Part shown: positions 1 through 15,472 of the stretch, one piece after another | How positions within the stretch are numbered: position 1 is the stretch's first letter | Layout of the letters: each line of letters begins with the position of its first letter | Origin: Octopus vulgaris | Taxonomy: Eukaryota | DNA: 64,000 nucleotides | Direction of reading: 5' to 3' | NCBI GenBank assembly: GCA_951406725.2 | Contig: OX597825.1 | Span: 72,912,001-72,976,000, forward strand | Translations under genes and position numbers: made by a program | The notes under the pieces: model-generated | The model's database searches: none | The model's input: the letters and a program-made list of their open reading frames with translations, nothing else | Told to the model about the DNA's origin: nothing

Positions 1-360
1 AGCTCAAATCCTGGACCGGGCTGCGTGTTGTGTTCTTGAGCAAGGCACATTATTTCACGTTGCTCCAGTTCACTCAGCTGTAGAAATGAGTTGCGACGTC
101 ACTGGTGCCAAGCTGTATCGACCTTTGTCTTTCCCTTGGATAACACTGGTGGCGTGGAGAGGGGAGGCTGGTATGCATGGGTGACTGCTGGTCTTCCATA
201 AACAACCTCGCCCAGACTTGTGTCTAGGAGGGTAGCTTTCTAGGTGCAATCCCATGGTCTGTGTCGTGACCGAAGGGGGTCTCCGTCTCCGAATAATAAT
301 AATAACAACAACATCAAAAATTACCTTAGGAATGAGAACCCAGGTTCGAAATTTCCCCAA

Positions 361-406
361 GACACCTGAAGAAGGCTGAAGGGTATATCAGCCGAAACGT
401 TGTGTT
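361..406 (+). ncRNA. Minimal hammerhead ribozyme in short repeat element (~296-460)
   Basis: gacac CTGAAGA a ggctga-agggtata-tcagcc GAAA cg TT gtgtt. Same family at 9370-9520 (-) and 9770-9912 (+). Confidence 0.8.
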
Positions 407-1570
407 AACAACAAACAAGATGAGGACAAATATCCATCGAATGTAAATAATGTAAATAATCTCATAAAACAGGTAGAATATTCGGGCTCAATATGACCAG
501 TGATTCTTTATCATTCAGATTATTCTGTCAAATATAATGCTTATTTATTCACATTGCTTTGAATTAATCATGCAGTGTCTTCAAAGCTTCAAGATTTCAA
601 TAGTCTGTTTCTATATTCTTTGAATGACATTGTAGGGTAGGTGTGAGAGGCTGGATATGGTCAGTTTTAACATAAAACAGATTGAATATTTGAGCCGGAT
701 ATGACCGAATTAAATGTTACAGGGTTAAATGCCAGAGGATTAAGCCAGGTACAATATTTTTCAAGCATATTTTCAAAACAAATCTTTGTCAGGATTAGAA
801 TTTGATAGGGACATTGTGTTATCTCTAGGCATTATAAATAATGTATCAATGCTCAATATAATTTCAACACATAAATCCTCACATTTTTAGCAATTTATCT
901 TGTATCTATTACTTGTGTCAGCCTTTGCACTACAGCCATGCTGGGGCACCACTTTGAAAGGTTTAGTTGAACAAATAAACTCCAGTGCTTACTTTTTTTT
1001 TTACTTTGGCTTTTATTTTGTAGGTCTCATAGGTTAAAGTTAGAGGGACGCAAACAAACCAACACTGATTGCTAAATAATGGTAGGGTGCAACAACCATG
1101 ACCAACAGTTAGTGAGATGCTGTTGCTGCTGCTGTTGTTGTTGTTGTTGTGTTTAAGCAACAAGAAGGGTAAGGGTGATTAGGTGATGGTCTAGGGCTTA
1201 GGGGCGGGAGACCCCAGACCTTGGGAAAAAAAAACTTTGGTCGTCTTGGTGTAGTCAAGGGCTCTTCGTTGACGCCCGACACCACTGGGAGGTGGCCTTC
1301 GAAGTCGCTGGAAATGGAGATCTCCAGGTCCAAATTCTTGAACGGCTGCTGCTAACCTAAATGCCAAGCAGTTTAAAATACTGAAGTCTACATAGACACA
1401 CATTTCTTTGGCTGTTCCCTTTTAAAGATAGACCTTTGCACCCGAAATGTAAAGTTTTTTGCAAAACCTTCTGCATTGCTAGAAGCTTTCTTTATTTCCC
1501 TTTTCTTTCATGTTCTACTTCTGTACTACAATGCTTCAAGCAAACTACAACACTCTTAGATATACATACA

Positions 1571-2180
1571 TAAATTATAATTTTAATAATAATTATTACC
1601 TTTGAAGGTTTTTTATTTCCATGCTGGCCACTTGATAAGATCGTTATTTAATTTAAATTAGCGATCTTGTCCTCATTTATATAAATTTAAATTTATTTCA
1701 TCACTGTATTTACTGTGGTGATGTTTTAACCATATTGCATGATGAAGTTCCGAAGCAGGCAATTTAAACTGGTCGTGTTGCATACATGCATATATAAGTA
1801 TGTATACGTTCATATATGTAAGTATTTGTATGTTGTATGTATATATATATGTGCATTTATGTTACTCTCTGCGTATATTCCACTGATGAGGCAAAGCATT
1901 TCTAAATGCAAAGTCAGAAATCCGGGAGCTGGAATTATCCAGTAATTTTTTACTAGTTTTATTTTGTCTTTTTGTCTTCTCTCCTTGTGCTGTATGGGCA
2001 TTTAATGTGGTTTTAGAGTCAGATCTTGGCTGCTATTTTCAGCATGGCAGTATCTCTTAGATACCTTAAATTATAATTTTAATAATAATTATTACCTTTG
2101 AAGGTTTTTTATTTCCATGCTGGCCACTTGATAAGATAATTATTTAATTTAAATTAACGATCTTGTCCTTATTTATATAT
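1571..2180 (+). mobile_element. ~497-bp monomer plus partial direct repeat with degenerate HHR (1877-1935)
   Basis: 1571-1685 is repeated at ~2067-2180. Motif attcca CTGATGA ggc...gtca GAAA tccggga gc tggaat. TA-rich flanks. Confidence 0.7.
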
Positions 2181-2183
2181 AAA

Positions 2184-2380
2184 TCTGTCGCCATGATAGA
2201 TCGTTTGCCACTACACACATTTTTTTCTCTCCTTGTTTTTTTCTGTGTCCCTTTCTGTAGAAGAGTGTAGGCTCGAAACGTAAAACACTTTTTTTATTCC
2301 TGAGCGCTATACTAATACATCTGTTTGTTTTGTACACCACCTGTCTTCATCTTTTGTTTATTTTCGTAAACTTTCCCTTT
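2184..2380 (+). mobile_element. Short HHR-like element, A6U family (motif 2251-2286)
   Basis: ttt CTGTAGA a gagt-gtag-gctc GAAA cg TA aaa; ends in (TA)n; homologous to 44653-44890 and 48337-48530. Confidence 0.75.
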
Positions 2381-3234
2381 ATATATATATATATATATAT
2401 ATACATACATACTTACATACATATATATATAAATACATACATACACACACACACACACATATATACATACTCTACTTAATTCACTTATAAGGCTTCATTG
2501 GGTTGGGACTATAGCAGAAGACACTTGTCCAAGGTGCTGTGCAGTGAGACTGAACCTAAAACCACTTGCTTTCAGAGCAAGTTATTTAACCACTCAACCA
2601 TTGGTGGAGGTGGAGGGGGGCTCTAGTTTAAGTAAATATCTTAATATTGTCTATTCCATTTGTAATGCAATTAAAAACAAGTTATAATCTAAAATTCCAT
2701 TAATGCCAAGTTATAAGGATTCTTTTTGGTTTCTGTCACAGATTTTCTTTTTTTTTTTATTATTATTCCAATTGTTTTCAACTTTGGTTACACTGATTTT
2801 GTTTTTCATGCTAATTATGAAAATGAAATTCATTTTTGCCATAAATTAATAAATAAAATGTTACTAGCATTTAAAGTTTGCAAATTTTAGGTAATTTTAG
2901 CCAATTGAAAGCCACCATTATACACATGACTGTAAATCTTACATTGGTATGACTCAGTGGTTAGAACATCAAACTTACTATCGTGAGGTTGTGAGTTCAA
3001 TTCCTGGACTGGACTGTGTGTTGTGTTCTTGAGCAAGACACTTTATCTCACATTGTTCCAGCTGTAGAAATGAGTTGTTACTGGTGCCAAGCTGTATTGG
3101 CCTTTTCCTTTCCCTTGGATAACATCAGTGGCCTGGAGAGGGGAAGCCGGTATGCATGAGCAACTGCTGGTCTTCCACAAACAACCTTGCCCAGACTTGT
3201 ACCTCAGAGGGGAACTTTCTAGGGACAAGACCAA

Positions 3235-3654
3235 AGGGAGTCCTCTACTGTCCATTTCCATAGTAACATGCAAAGCTGTAGTCTGCACTGTTTTCATTGT
3301 AACAAAGGTGCTGTATATGAGCAAACGTGATGCTTTCACCACTGCATCCACAACAAGTTTTGATGAGAGTCGTTCTGTGACAGACTGCTATCACACAGAA
3401 AATGCCAGCTTCCAGTTCCTGTTTTCAGATTGGTTAAAAATGATCAAACTTTGAATCTCTGTAATATAATAACAATGTCCTTGTTATTAATAGACTACTG
3501 TAATGGGTGGGTTGTTTACAGTACAGGGAGGGTTTTAAAAATCCAAATACACGTTAAATAAATACTGTAAATATGGTGTCCCTACTTCGCAGAAATTCAG
3601 TTACCACGGTCTGTCTCGGAACCAATCTACCGCGATAAACGAGGGATCACTGTA
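3235..3654 (+). mobile_element. Tigger/pogo-like DNA transposon right end
   Basis: Terminus ccgcgataaacgagggatcactg-TA; left boundary uncertain. Confidence 0.55.
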
Positions 3655-5881
3655 TATTCAGAACACCAGCTCAATAATGACAAAATTATTTTACTAAACC
3701 CTTCATTATTTTCAAAATTAAGCAAAACAAAGCCAGTGTCTTTCAATAGAAATACAGTAACAAAACGGTTAAATAATTCTTTATCCTAGCACATTGTAAA
3801 TATTTTCTGACTACTTTGCTGCAGCTAATTCTAGCAAATCAAGAAACATTATTGATGAACAAAAATCTAATTCACATTTTAGAAGAAAAAAAAACCCCAA
3901 AATTTTGCAAGCACAGATTTTCTTGAAATTATTAAAGTTTCATCAATATTAATGCACCATTTTCCATTTGTTTTCAATAATTTTTCTAAAAATTCTGTTT
4001 CTGGTTGATCCAGTAAAATACTCCATCACAAGAGTTACAGAAAATCACAATGGTAAACAGTTTCCATAATTGATTTTATTCTTAATTTGTGGTTCAACTT
4101 CCTCTGTGTATGACAATTACTTATTTTTATTAAACTGGAAATTATTTTAAAATCTTATTGTTTAGTTCAATATCCTTTTCATTAATTTTCTGAAAACCTC
4201 TGTTAAAGAGAGTTTTCTTTTTGTGATCCAATTAGCATAATATTTATAACATTCGTTTCAGAATTTTATTAAAAATATTCCTTTATTTTGCTTCATTTTC
4301 CTGACTTCTTTTTTTTCAAAATTTCACATATGGTAACCTTATATTTTTTCTGGGTGCAATCTAAGAAGTTTGCTTCTCAACCACATGGTTCTGGGTTCAG
4401 ACCTATTATGTGGCTCCTTAGTCAAGTGTCTTCTACTATAGCCCCAGAAACTGAAAGAAGTCCCTCAGATATATATATATAATTCATAAATGAGGGCAAA
4501 AGAAAAAATTTCTAATGCCAAATATGCCGAAAAATTGGACACATTGTCCATTTAATATGCTGGCCATTGATAAAATTTTTTTCAAGAAAATATTTTTTTC
4601 GAAAGAAATTTTATCCTCATTAGATATATATATATATATATATAAATTAGAGAAAAAAAACACCTTTTATCAATTCAAAATGAAAAATTAAATTACACAA
4701 TCTAGAAAATTACATATAATAGAAAGATTAAATATAAGATAAAAAATATATATAAGATATAAGATATACTTCATACTGGTAAAAATGGATAAACATCCCT
4801 CCATTGAACATCCATTAATGTCATATCACCTGAAGAAATGAATCCATGAAGATGATCGACCATGGATACTGCAGACTGCACTGTAAGCATTTTGGGAATA
4901 TGGACATGTGATTATGAAGATGATGAGCTGGCAGTATCATTAGCACACTAGACAAAATGCTTAGCAGTATCTCACCAGTCACTATGTTCTGAGTTCAAAT
5001 TCCACCAAGGTCGACTTTGCCTTTCATCCTTTCGGGGTCAATAAATTAAGTACTAGTGGAGTACTGGGGCTGATGCATTCAACTTAACCCCTCCCCCAAA
5101 ACTTCAGGCCTTGTGCCTATAATAGAAAGGATTATTATTATTGTTGTTATTGTTATTATTATTGTTATTATTATTATTATTATTTTTATTATTATTATCA
5201 TTATTATTATTACTAATGGGACCTGTGAATATTTCAAAGAATTAATGATAAAGTTATTGGGTTATGTCTGAAAACTTTATCCAAAAAAACCTGAAAGTGT
5301 AGCCTGTGTTGTGTCTGTATCAAAAGATAGTTGCTAATCTTCTACTCATTGAAAAGTGAAAGAAATTGGAATACGATGATTACTTAATGCACTTTATATA
5401 TGCTCTTTATGCATAATTTTATAGGCTTAGTATACAGCAGTTCTATATCCATCGAATGTAAATAACGTAAATAATGTAAATAATGTTAATATGCAGCACT
5501 CATAAAATAAATATTCACTCTTATTTTTCCATTTTTCGCATAAAAAAAAAAATTTCTTTACATATGATACAACCTTTAGTTAAATTGCATATATCTATCA
5601 TGTAAATAAGTGTGTATATTTCATGGAATTGCACTTATGCACATGCATTAAGTGATAGGTGATATAAAAAAACTTAATATTAAAAAAATACACTTTTCAT
5701 TATCCAATCACCACCACTTCCATCTCCACCAGCACCACCACCATCCTCATCATCTCTCTCTCCATCCTCTCTCCCCATCTCTGTCTCCCTCATCATCATC
5801 TCTCTCTCCCTCATCATCATCTCTCTCTCTCCCTTCTCTCCCTCCTCTCCCTCCCCTCTTTCTCCTCTCTCCCTCACTCTC

Positions 5882-5943
<62 letters not shown>

Positions 5944-6412
5944 CTTTCACCTCACCATCAGAACATCACCCCTCTGCTAAAATTATATTTTTAACTCTCC
6001 TCCTCTACTTTCAACTAACTTTTTTAACCACTTAATAAATATTATGTTCCCCCTACCTCACATCATGGACTCTTCTTCCTCCCTCTTTCTGTCTTACTCT
6101 TCACCTTATCCTCTTTTTCTATCTCCTTTTCTTTCTCCTCTCTTTCCATTCAACTAATCACGTTAAAGCATTACAATTACATTCCCTTTACCTCACATCA
6201 TGGATGCTTCTCCTACCCTCTTTTTGTCTCTCCTTCTTTTTCCCCCTCCCTCTTTTCTCTCTCCCTCTTTTTGTCTCTCCCTCTTTTTCTCCCTCCCTCT
6301 TTTTCTCTCTCCCTCTTTTCTCCCACCCTCTTTTTCTTTCTCCTTTTTCTTTAATCATGTGAAAGTGTTACTGACAGGCTAAGTAATGCAATGACAAGCA
6401 GAATTATTATAA

Positions 6413-6466
<54 letters not shown>

Positions 6467-7257
6467 GTGTGTGTATGTATGTGTGTGTGTGTGTGTGTGT
6501 CTGCAGGATCATGTAGCTTTGAAATTTTGATAAAGTGATACATATATAAATTGGTTATGTGTATACATGTATAAGTGTGTGTTTGTATCTCCTTGTCTTG
6601 ACATCATGCAATACTTGTAAAGGAGTGCCACTGTCATATAAGCAGTACCATTCATTTACAGTATTATATGAGAACATGTCTGGCCATAGGGAAATAGCAC
6701 CTTACTTAGAAACAGTTGGTTTGACAAGGAAGGGCATCAAACCCTAGAAAATCTGCCTCAATAAAACTCCATTGAGCCTATACAAGTATGGAAAAATAAA
6801 TATTAAACTGATAATGATAAAATAATGAAATGTTAAATTTAATGATTAGAGCATGGAAGTTTTACATTAGCTATTCAAAACCACACACACATTTGAACAT
6901 TTAATATTTGGTGTCCGAAGTTTTGTCTCTCAAAATGCAATCTGCTCACTGATATAACTCCATTGCATCTCATATCAGTGACTAAGTTTGTGATTGGGGC
7001 AGCGAAAATTATGACTCAAAAATAATAAATGTTTAAGTGAATCTAATAGTCTTTGTGTGTTTGTGAATGATTCATATGTGTCTCACATGCTGTGATCATT
7101 TTAGTTTCAACACATGGCCCAAGACCAAATTACTTGCTTAACAAGTATACCTCCCAAATCATCACAATGATCATCATCAGTCAACATTTGTTTTCTGTGT
7201 TGGCATGGGTTGAATGGTTTGACAGGAGCTGTTTGCTGGTTTGACAGGAGCTGTTAA

Positions 7258-7920
7258 CCCTTTCGTTACTGTATTTATTTTGAGATGCTCTGTGTTTCTT
7301 TCAATTACTTTAAATATAAGATCACGCTTGAATGGTGTTTTTAACGTACCCGCAGCCAGCTTGCCAGAGCAACAAGCTGGCCCCCGTGCAGAGGGCACGT
7401 TAAAAACACCATTCGAGCATGATCGTTACCTGCGTTGCCTTACTAGCACTTGTGCTGGTGGCATGTGAAAAAACATTCGAGTGAGGTTGTTGCCAGTGCC
7501 ACTGGACTGGCTCCTGTGCAGGTGGCACATAAAAAGCACCATTTGACCTGGCTGTTGCCAGTACCGCCTGACTGGTGGCACGTAAAAGCACCCACTACAC
7601 TTTTGGAGTGGTTGGCATTAGGAAGGGCATCCAGCTGTAGAAACTCTGCCAGATCAGATTGGAGTCTAGTGCAGCCATCTGGTTCGCCAGACCTCAGTCA
7701 AATCGTCCAACCCATGCTAGCATGGAAAGCGGATGTTAAACGATGATGAAGATGATGATGATGATGAAAGAATTTAGTAAAATAACTTAGTTATCATTCA
7801 GCTAGTGTTAGGAACATAAATTGTGACTAAGGTTTGGTGGAAGATTTTAATTAAAACTTTAAGACAAGACATTTGTACAACAGAGCCAGAGCAGTTTCAG
7901 CCGGGTTGGTAACGAAAGGG
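7258..7920 (+). mobile_element. piggyBac-type MITE interrupted by an RTE-like retroposon tail (7320-7767)
   Basis: TTAA-ccctttcgttac...gtaacgaaaggg-TTAA; uninterrupted copy at 44191-44407. Confidence 0.82.
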
Positions 7921-8527
7921 TTAAGTCAGAAAACTGTATAAAGCTCCATTGTCTGTTTTGGCATGGTTTCTACAGCTTGATGCCTTTCCTAATGCCAACC
8001 ACTTGGGTGCTTTTTATGTAGCACCAGCAGCAGGATGGCCTCACCAAATAATTTACAAGACCCCTCAGCTGAGAAGGGTGGAGAAGTAGCGTCAAGGTAA
8101 GTGGTTTTGTGCCAGATGAAAGATCAGAATATGAATAGAGGGACAGGGATACATGGCTGCCTCAGTAGAAGAGAGAGAGAAAGAAAACAAAGAGGGGAAG
8201 AGAGAATAGGAAAAAGGAGGGAGAGAAAGGCGGGAGAAGATGGTGAAGATGTGACAGAGGTTACAGTCAAGTTAGAGGAAGGAGTATACAAGTGAAGTGG
8301 GGCCAAGGATTGGATAGTGTGAATGAGTAGATAAATTAAAATTTTCAGAGTCTTGCAAAGGCATGTGAGTTCAATTCCCAGTGATGCATTGTATTCTTGA
8401 GCTAGACACTTTATTTCACATTGCTCCAGTCCATTCAGCTGGCAAAAATGAGTAGTACCTGTATTTTAAAGGGTCAGCCTTATCATATTCTGTGTCACGC
8501 TGAATCTCCTTAAGAACTATGTTAACA

Positions 8528-8950
8528 GGCGCAGGAGTGGCTGTGTGGTAAGTAGCTTGCTAACCGGCCACATGGTTCTGGGTTCAGTCCCACTGCGTGG
8601 CATCTTGAGCAAGTATCTTCTGCTATAGCCCCGGGCCGACCAAAGACTTGTGAGTGGATTTGGTAGACGGAAACTGAAAGAAGCCTGTCGTATATATGTG
8701 TATATATATATATATGTATGTGTGTGTATATGTTTATGTGTCTGTGTTTGTCCCTCTAGCATTGCTTGACAACTGATGCTGGTGTGTTTACGTCCCCGTA
8801 ACTTAGCGGTTCAGCAAAAGAGACCGATAGAATAAGTACTGGGCTTACAAAGAATGAGTCCCGGGGTCGATTTGCTCGACTAAAGGCGGTGCTCCAGCAT
8901 GGTCGCAGTCAAATGACTTAAACAAGTAAAAGAGTAAAAGAGTAAAGAGT
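8528..8950 (+). mobile_element. SINE family A (tRNA-like head, CORE-like box, internal (TA)n(TG)n, (AGTAAAAG)n tail), nested in another SINE
   Basis: Head ggcgcaggagtggctgtgtggtaag; >15 copies in the window. Confidence 0.9.
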
Positions 8951-9420
8951 ATTTCTGTGGAATACTCAGCCACTTGCACATTAATTTCACAAGCAGACTG
9001 TTCTGTTGATGGGATCAACTGGGACCCTCATCGTCGTAAACTGACGGAGTGCTGGTGAGTCATGGAAAATTTTCATTCTACTGGAGACATATTTTCCAGT
9101 GTCTCACTTTTTTATAGTGGCATAAATAAAAAGAGGCACATGGCTCAGTAGTTAGAGGGTCAGGTAGACAATCATGAGGTAGTGAGTTCGATTCCAAGAT
9201 CAGGCTGTGTGTTGTGTTCTTGAGAAAGACACTTTATTTCATGTTACTCCAGTTCACTCAGCTGTAGAAATAAGTTGCCACATCACTGGTTCCAAGATAT
9301 GTTGCCTTTTGCCTTTCCCTTGGATAACAACATCAGTGGTACGGCTCTATTTTCAAGAGATGAGGAATTATGTACACTATTTACATTCGATGGATATTTG
9401 TCCTCATCTTGTTTGTTGTT

Positions 9421-9466
9421 AACACAACGTTTCGGCTAATATACTCTCCAGCCTTCATCAGGTGTC
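9421..9466 (-). ncRNA. Minimal hammerhead ribozyme, left arm of fold-back element
   Basis: gacac CTGATGA a ggctg-gagagtatat-tagcc GAAA cg TT gtgtt. Confidence 0.8.
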
Positions 9467-9513
9467 TTGGGGAAATTTCGAACCTGGGTTCTCATTCCTA
9501 AGGTATTTTTCGA

Positions 9514-9568
<55 letters not shown>

Positions 9569-9572
9569 GTTA

Positions 9573-9612
<40 letters not shown>

Positions 9613-9653
9613 TATTATTATTATTGCTATAGTTCACTATGCCATATGCCCGT

Positions 9654-9726
9654 GGGCATTTGGCGTAGTGGTTAAGAGCGCGGGCTACTAACCCCAAGAT
9701 TCCAAGTTCAATTCCAAGCAGTGACC
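9654..9726 (+). promoter_or_regulatory. tRNA-derived Pol III internal promoter (A and B boxes)
   Basis: TGGCGTAGTGG at 9661-9671, GTTCAATTCC at 9706-9715, anticodon-like arm gggctactaaccc; acceptor stem poor. Confidence 0.7.
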
Positions 9727-9740
9727 TGAACAATAACAGC

Positions 9741-9771
<31 letters not shown>

Positions 9772-10429
9772 TTGAAAAATACCTTAGGAATGAGAACCCA
9801 GGTTCGAAATTTTTCCAAGACACATGAAGAAGGCTGGAGGGTATATCAGCCGAAACGTGTTAACAACAAGATGAGGACAAATATCTGTCAAATGTAAATA
9901 ATGTAAATAATGAACACCAGTGGTGTTGAGGGGGGAGGCTGGTATGTATGGGCCACTACTGGTCTTCCATAAACAAATTTACCCAGACTTGTGCCTCAGA
10001 GGGGAACTTTCTAGGTGCAATCCCATGGTCATTCATTACTGAAGAGGATCTTTGCCCTTTGTTTTTAGTGAAAAGAAAGATGTGATTATAGAAGTACAGG
10101 CAAGAGAGAGTGAGAGTGAGAGTGATGGTGATGGTGATGATTATGATGATGTTGCTGCTGCTGTTGTTTAGCCCAAGGTCGGTATCAATCCAGAACACAT
10201 ACATTCAAATGCATAACAATCATCATCATCCAGATATTTTTTCGCTTTTTTTTAAATTTTGAAATTAGACATCGTGCATCTCAGAACTACTTTGTTTAAT
10301 GTGTCCTTAAGAAAGTAAGGAGTGTTTTAAGGGAGATTTTTTGGTTACTATTTCTAGCTGGCCATTTGACCACATGAAAACTCATTAACTCAGAGTGAAG
10401 TTACAAGCGGTACTGGTGCCAACAGTAAC

Positions 10430-10617
10430 AGTGGTGTGGTGTTGGTGTTGGTGTTGGTGGCGGTGGTGGAGGTGGTGGTCGTGGTGGTCGTGGTGGCGGC
10501 GGTGGTGGTGTTAGTGGCACTTGTAGTAGTAGTGGTCGTGATATTAGTGGTGCTGGTGCTGGTTAGTGATGTTGGGTGGGGTGGTACTAACAGTAGTGGT
10601 GAGGTTGGCAGCAGGAT

Positions 10618-10686
<69 letters not shown>

Positions 10687-11312
10687 CAGCAGCAGCAGCA
10701 GCAGAAACAGCAATAGAGTTGTTGTTGTTGTTGTTGTTGTTAGTGGTGGTAGTGGTGGTGGTGGTAGTGGTGGTGGAGGTGGTGGTCGTGGTGGTGGCGA
10801 TGGCGATGGCGGTGACAGTGATGACGGTGTCTTTTGTTGCTGTTGTTGTTTTTGGTGGTGATGGTAGTGGTGGTGGTGGTGGTGGTGGTGGTGGTGGTGG
10901 TGGTGGTGGCTGTAGCGGCAGTGGTTAAAATAAAACAAAAAAAAACAAAAAAAAAATCTGTTGACTATGGTTGCCAAGCAAACAAAGATGTTTGGACCAG
11001 TTCGGTCGTGTCCCGGCTTGCACCGTAGGAAAAATATATCACTTGGTGTGTTTCCATGGAAACAGAAATAAACTAGAAAACACACAGTGTAAACACTTAA
11101 TCAATGTAAGTTGAACAAAATAACCCATTGTAGAGTTGGCTGATTGTCTGCAAATACCAATACCTCGAACACACATAACACAATGTAGGTGTGTATGTAT
11201 GTATGTATGTGTGTGTGTGTGTGTGTGTGTGTAAGTGTGTATGAGTATGTGTGTGTTAATATGTATGACTATATGTATGTATGCAACTATGTATATGCAC
11301 ACACATGCACAT

Positions 11313-11343
<31 letters not shown>

Positions 11344-11503
11344 CATAAATGTATACACACACACACATATATAAGCAACTATGAATATGTGTATATATAG
11401 CGATATATACACATATGTGTGTGTGTATACAGACACATATAACTATATATATATATAGCTGTACATATAGATGTATATGTATATATCTATATATATATGT
11501 ATT

Positions 11504-11545
<42 letters not shown>

Positions 11546-11830
11546 TATGTAAACACAAACCCATACACTCATATGTATATATATACAACCGTATACATAT
11601 ATGTGTATACAAATATATATATGTATGTATGTGTGTGTGTGTGTGTGTGTGTGAGGGACAGAGAGAGGAGTGTTCTGAGTAAATGCAAAAACATAAAATC
11701 TTTTCGATTTTTCTGAATATAAAACGAGCAGATTTATAACATAAATATGTTTATAACAAATAAATATTCTGCCCTGCATATGTGTTTTTGTGTGTGTATA
11801 CATACATACATACATACACACATATGTATG

Positions 11831-11923
<93 letters not shown>

Positions 11924-12462
11924 TTGTGTGTGTAGAAGTGGTCTTGTGCAGTGCTTTGTGTGGTACCTTGTGCAAGTACCTCATGCAGTACCCCATGCAG
12001 TACCTCATACAGGTGCTTTCTACTATAGCCATGGCCCTTCCAAAATATTGTAAATGAATTTAGTAGATGGAAACTGAAAGAAACCTCTTGTGTGTGTGTG
12101 TGTGTGTGTATGTGTGTCTGTGTGTGTGTCTGTGTGCGTGTGTGTATGTTTGTGTGTGTGTGTGTCTGTGTGTGTGTGTGTGTGTGTGTGTATGTTTGTG
12201 TCCTGTTTCTCCCACACCACTGCTTGACAACTAGTGTTTGTATGTTTACATCCTTGTAACCTAGGCGTTCCGCAAAAGTTACCGACAGAATAAGTACCAG
12301 ACTTAGGATATAAGTGCAGGGGTCCGTTTGTTTAAATAAACCCTTTGAGGGGGTGCTCCAGCATGGCCACAGTCCAATGGCTGAAACAAGTAAAAGATAA
12401 AACAAGATAAATATATATATATGTATACAAATACATACATACATATATATATATATGAATGT

Positions 12463-12527
<65 letters not shown>

Positions 12528-12654
12528 AATACACACCCACATACATACATATGTATATGTATATATATGAATATATATATTTACACATATACATATATAC
12601 TTATGTATACATATATATACACACATATACATACACACACACACATATACATAC

Positions 12655-12698
<44 letters not shown>

Positions 12699-12700
12699 GA
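10430..12700. repeat. Compound microsatellite field ((GGT)n, (AGT)n, (TA)n, (CA)n); similar fields at 5700-6500, 24820-25540, 33300-33840, 36170-36800, 41230-42440, 49800-50410, 55600-55980, 59260-59720, 60250-60560
   Basis: Directly visible simple repeats that account for most ORF-track entries. Confidence 0.95.
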
Positions 12701-12921
12701 TGAAATTAATAAAGATCAGGAAACCATGCAGTCCATCGGAAATGATGCATTCCATACACGGATATTCGGATTTAGCAAAGGAGAATAATAACCGAGTCTA
12801 GTAAATTTTTACTAACTTGATTTTCACCAACATTCGGTGTGGCTCGCCAGAACTGGGAACTGATCTCAGAGTTAACATGGTAACCACCAGGATTATATAT
12901 CTCTTGAAACCATTTTTGGTT

Positions 12922-14625
<1,704 letters not shown>

Positions 14626-15092
14626 AAAAAATACATATACACACATACTTATATATACATGTGGAGACATGTAGCTTAGTTGTTTGGGTGTTGAAAAAGC
14701 ATTGTGTTCTTGAGCAAAACACTTCATTTCACATTGCTCCAGTCCACTCGGCCGGAAAAAAGAGTATTTCCTGCAACAGACTGATATCCTATCCAGGGTT
14801 GGTAAAAATATTCATATGGAAACCAGGAAACCAGTCCTATGTGTCTATATGACTCACAAAGAATCTTTATCCTTTATTCTATGCACACATACTGTGATTT
14901 ATGGTGGACAAATGAGACTAGAATGCTCAATACATGTTGTAGAGGAAATGCTTTTGTTTTTTTATTAAAACTGAAATTAAAGTTTGTCTTATAGATCAAG
15001 TTTCACATTATTGCGATCTCACCTGCAGATTGCAGTTGCCTGAAACTTGAATTGCAAGACAATTCAATTTCAGTTTAAAAATATATATATAT

Positions 15093-15124
<32 letters not shown>

Positions 15125-15191
15125 CATCATCATCATCATTGTTTAACGTCCGCTTTCCATGTTAGCATGGGTTGGATGATTTGACTGAGGT

Positions 15192-15472
15192 CTGGCTTAG
15201 TGGTTAGGGCAGCGGACTCGCGGTCGCAGGATCGCGGTTTCGATTCCCAGACCGGACGTTGTGAGTGTTTATTGAGCGAAAACACCTAAAAGCTCCACAA
15301 GGCTCTGGCAGGGGGTGGTGATCCCTGCTGTACTCTTTCACCACTCTTTCTTCTGTTGGCCTGCTCACTTAGCCAGCGGGGTGGCGTCATTCGAAGGCTA
15401 AAACAATGCGAACGCATTGTGACCAGCGATGTGTAACAACATCTGATGGTCTGGTCGGTCACGTGACGTGAT
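15192..15472 (+). mobile_element. SINE family D (tRNA-derived); other copies 27381-27720, 43720-43960 (-), 55983-56103
   Basis: tggcttagtggttagggcagcggactcgcggtcg...tttcgattccc head; shared tail. Confidence 0.82.

Larger units (their letters stand above)
9341..9912. mobile_element. Fold-back element: inverted HHR units around (ATT)n, a tRNA-like head and (AAT)n, inserted in a SINE
   Basis: Arms ~9370-9520 and 9770-9912 are reverse complements. Flanked by aacatcagtggt (9329-9340) and aacaccagtggt (9913-9924). Confidence 0.8.

Noticed and set aside
3860-4200. Merlin/IS1595-like transposase remnant (minus strand NIDETLIISRK)
   Set aside because: A single short motif in very AT-rich, stop-ridden sequence.
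9654-9726. Functional tRNA gene
   Set aside because: Acceptor and T stems do not pair well, there is no oligo-T terminator, and it is embedded in a repeat; treated as a SINE-type head.
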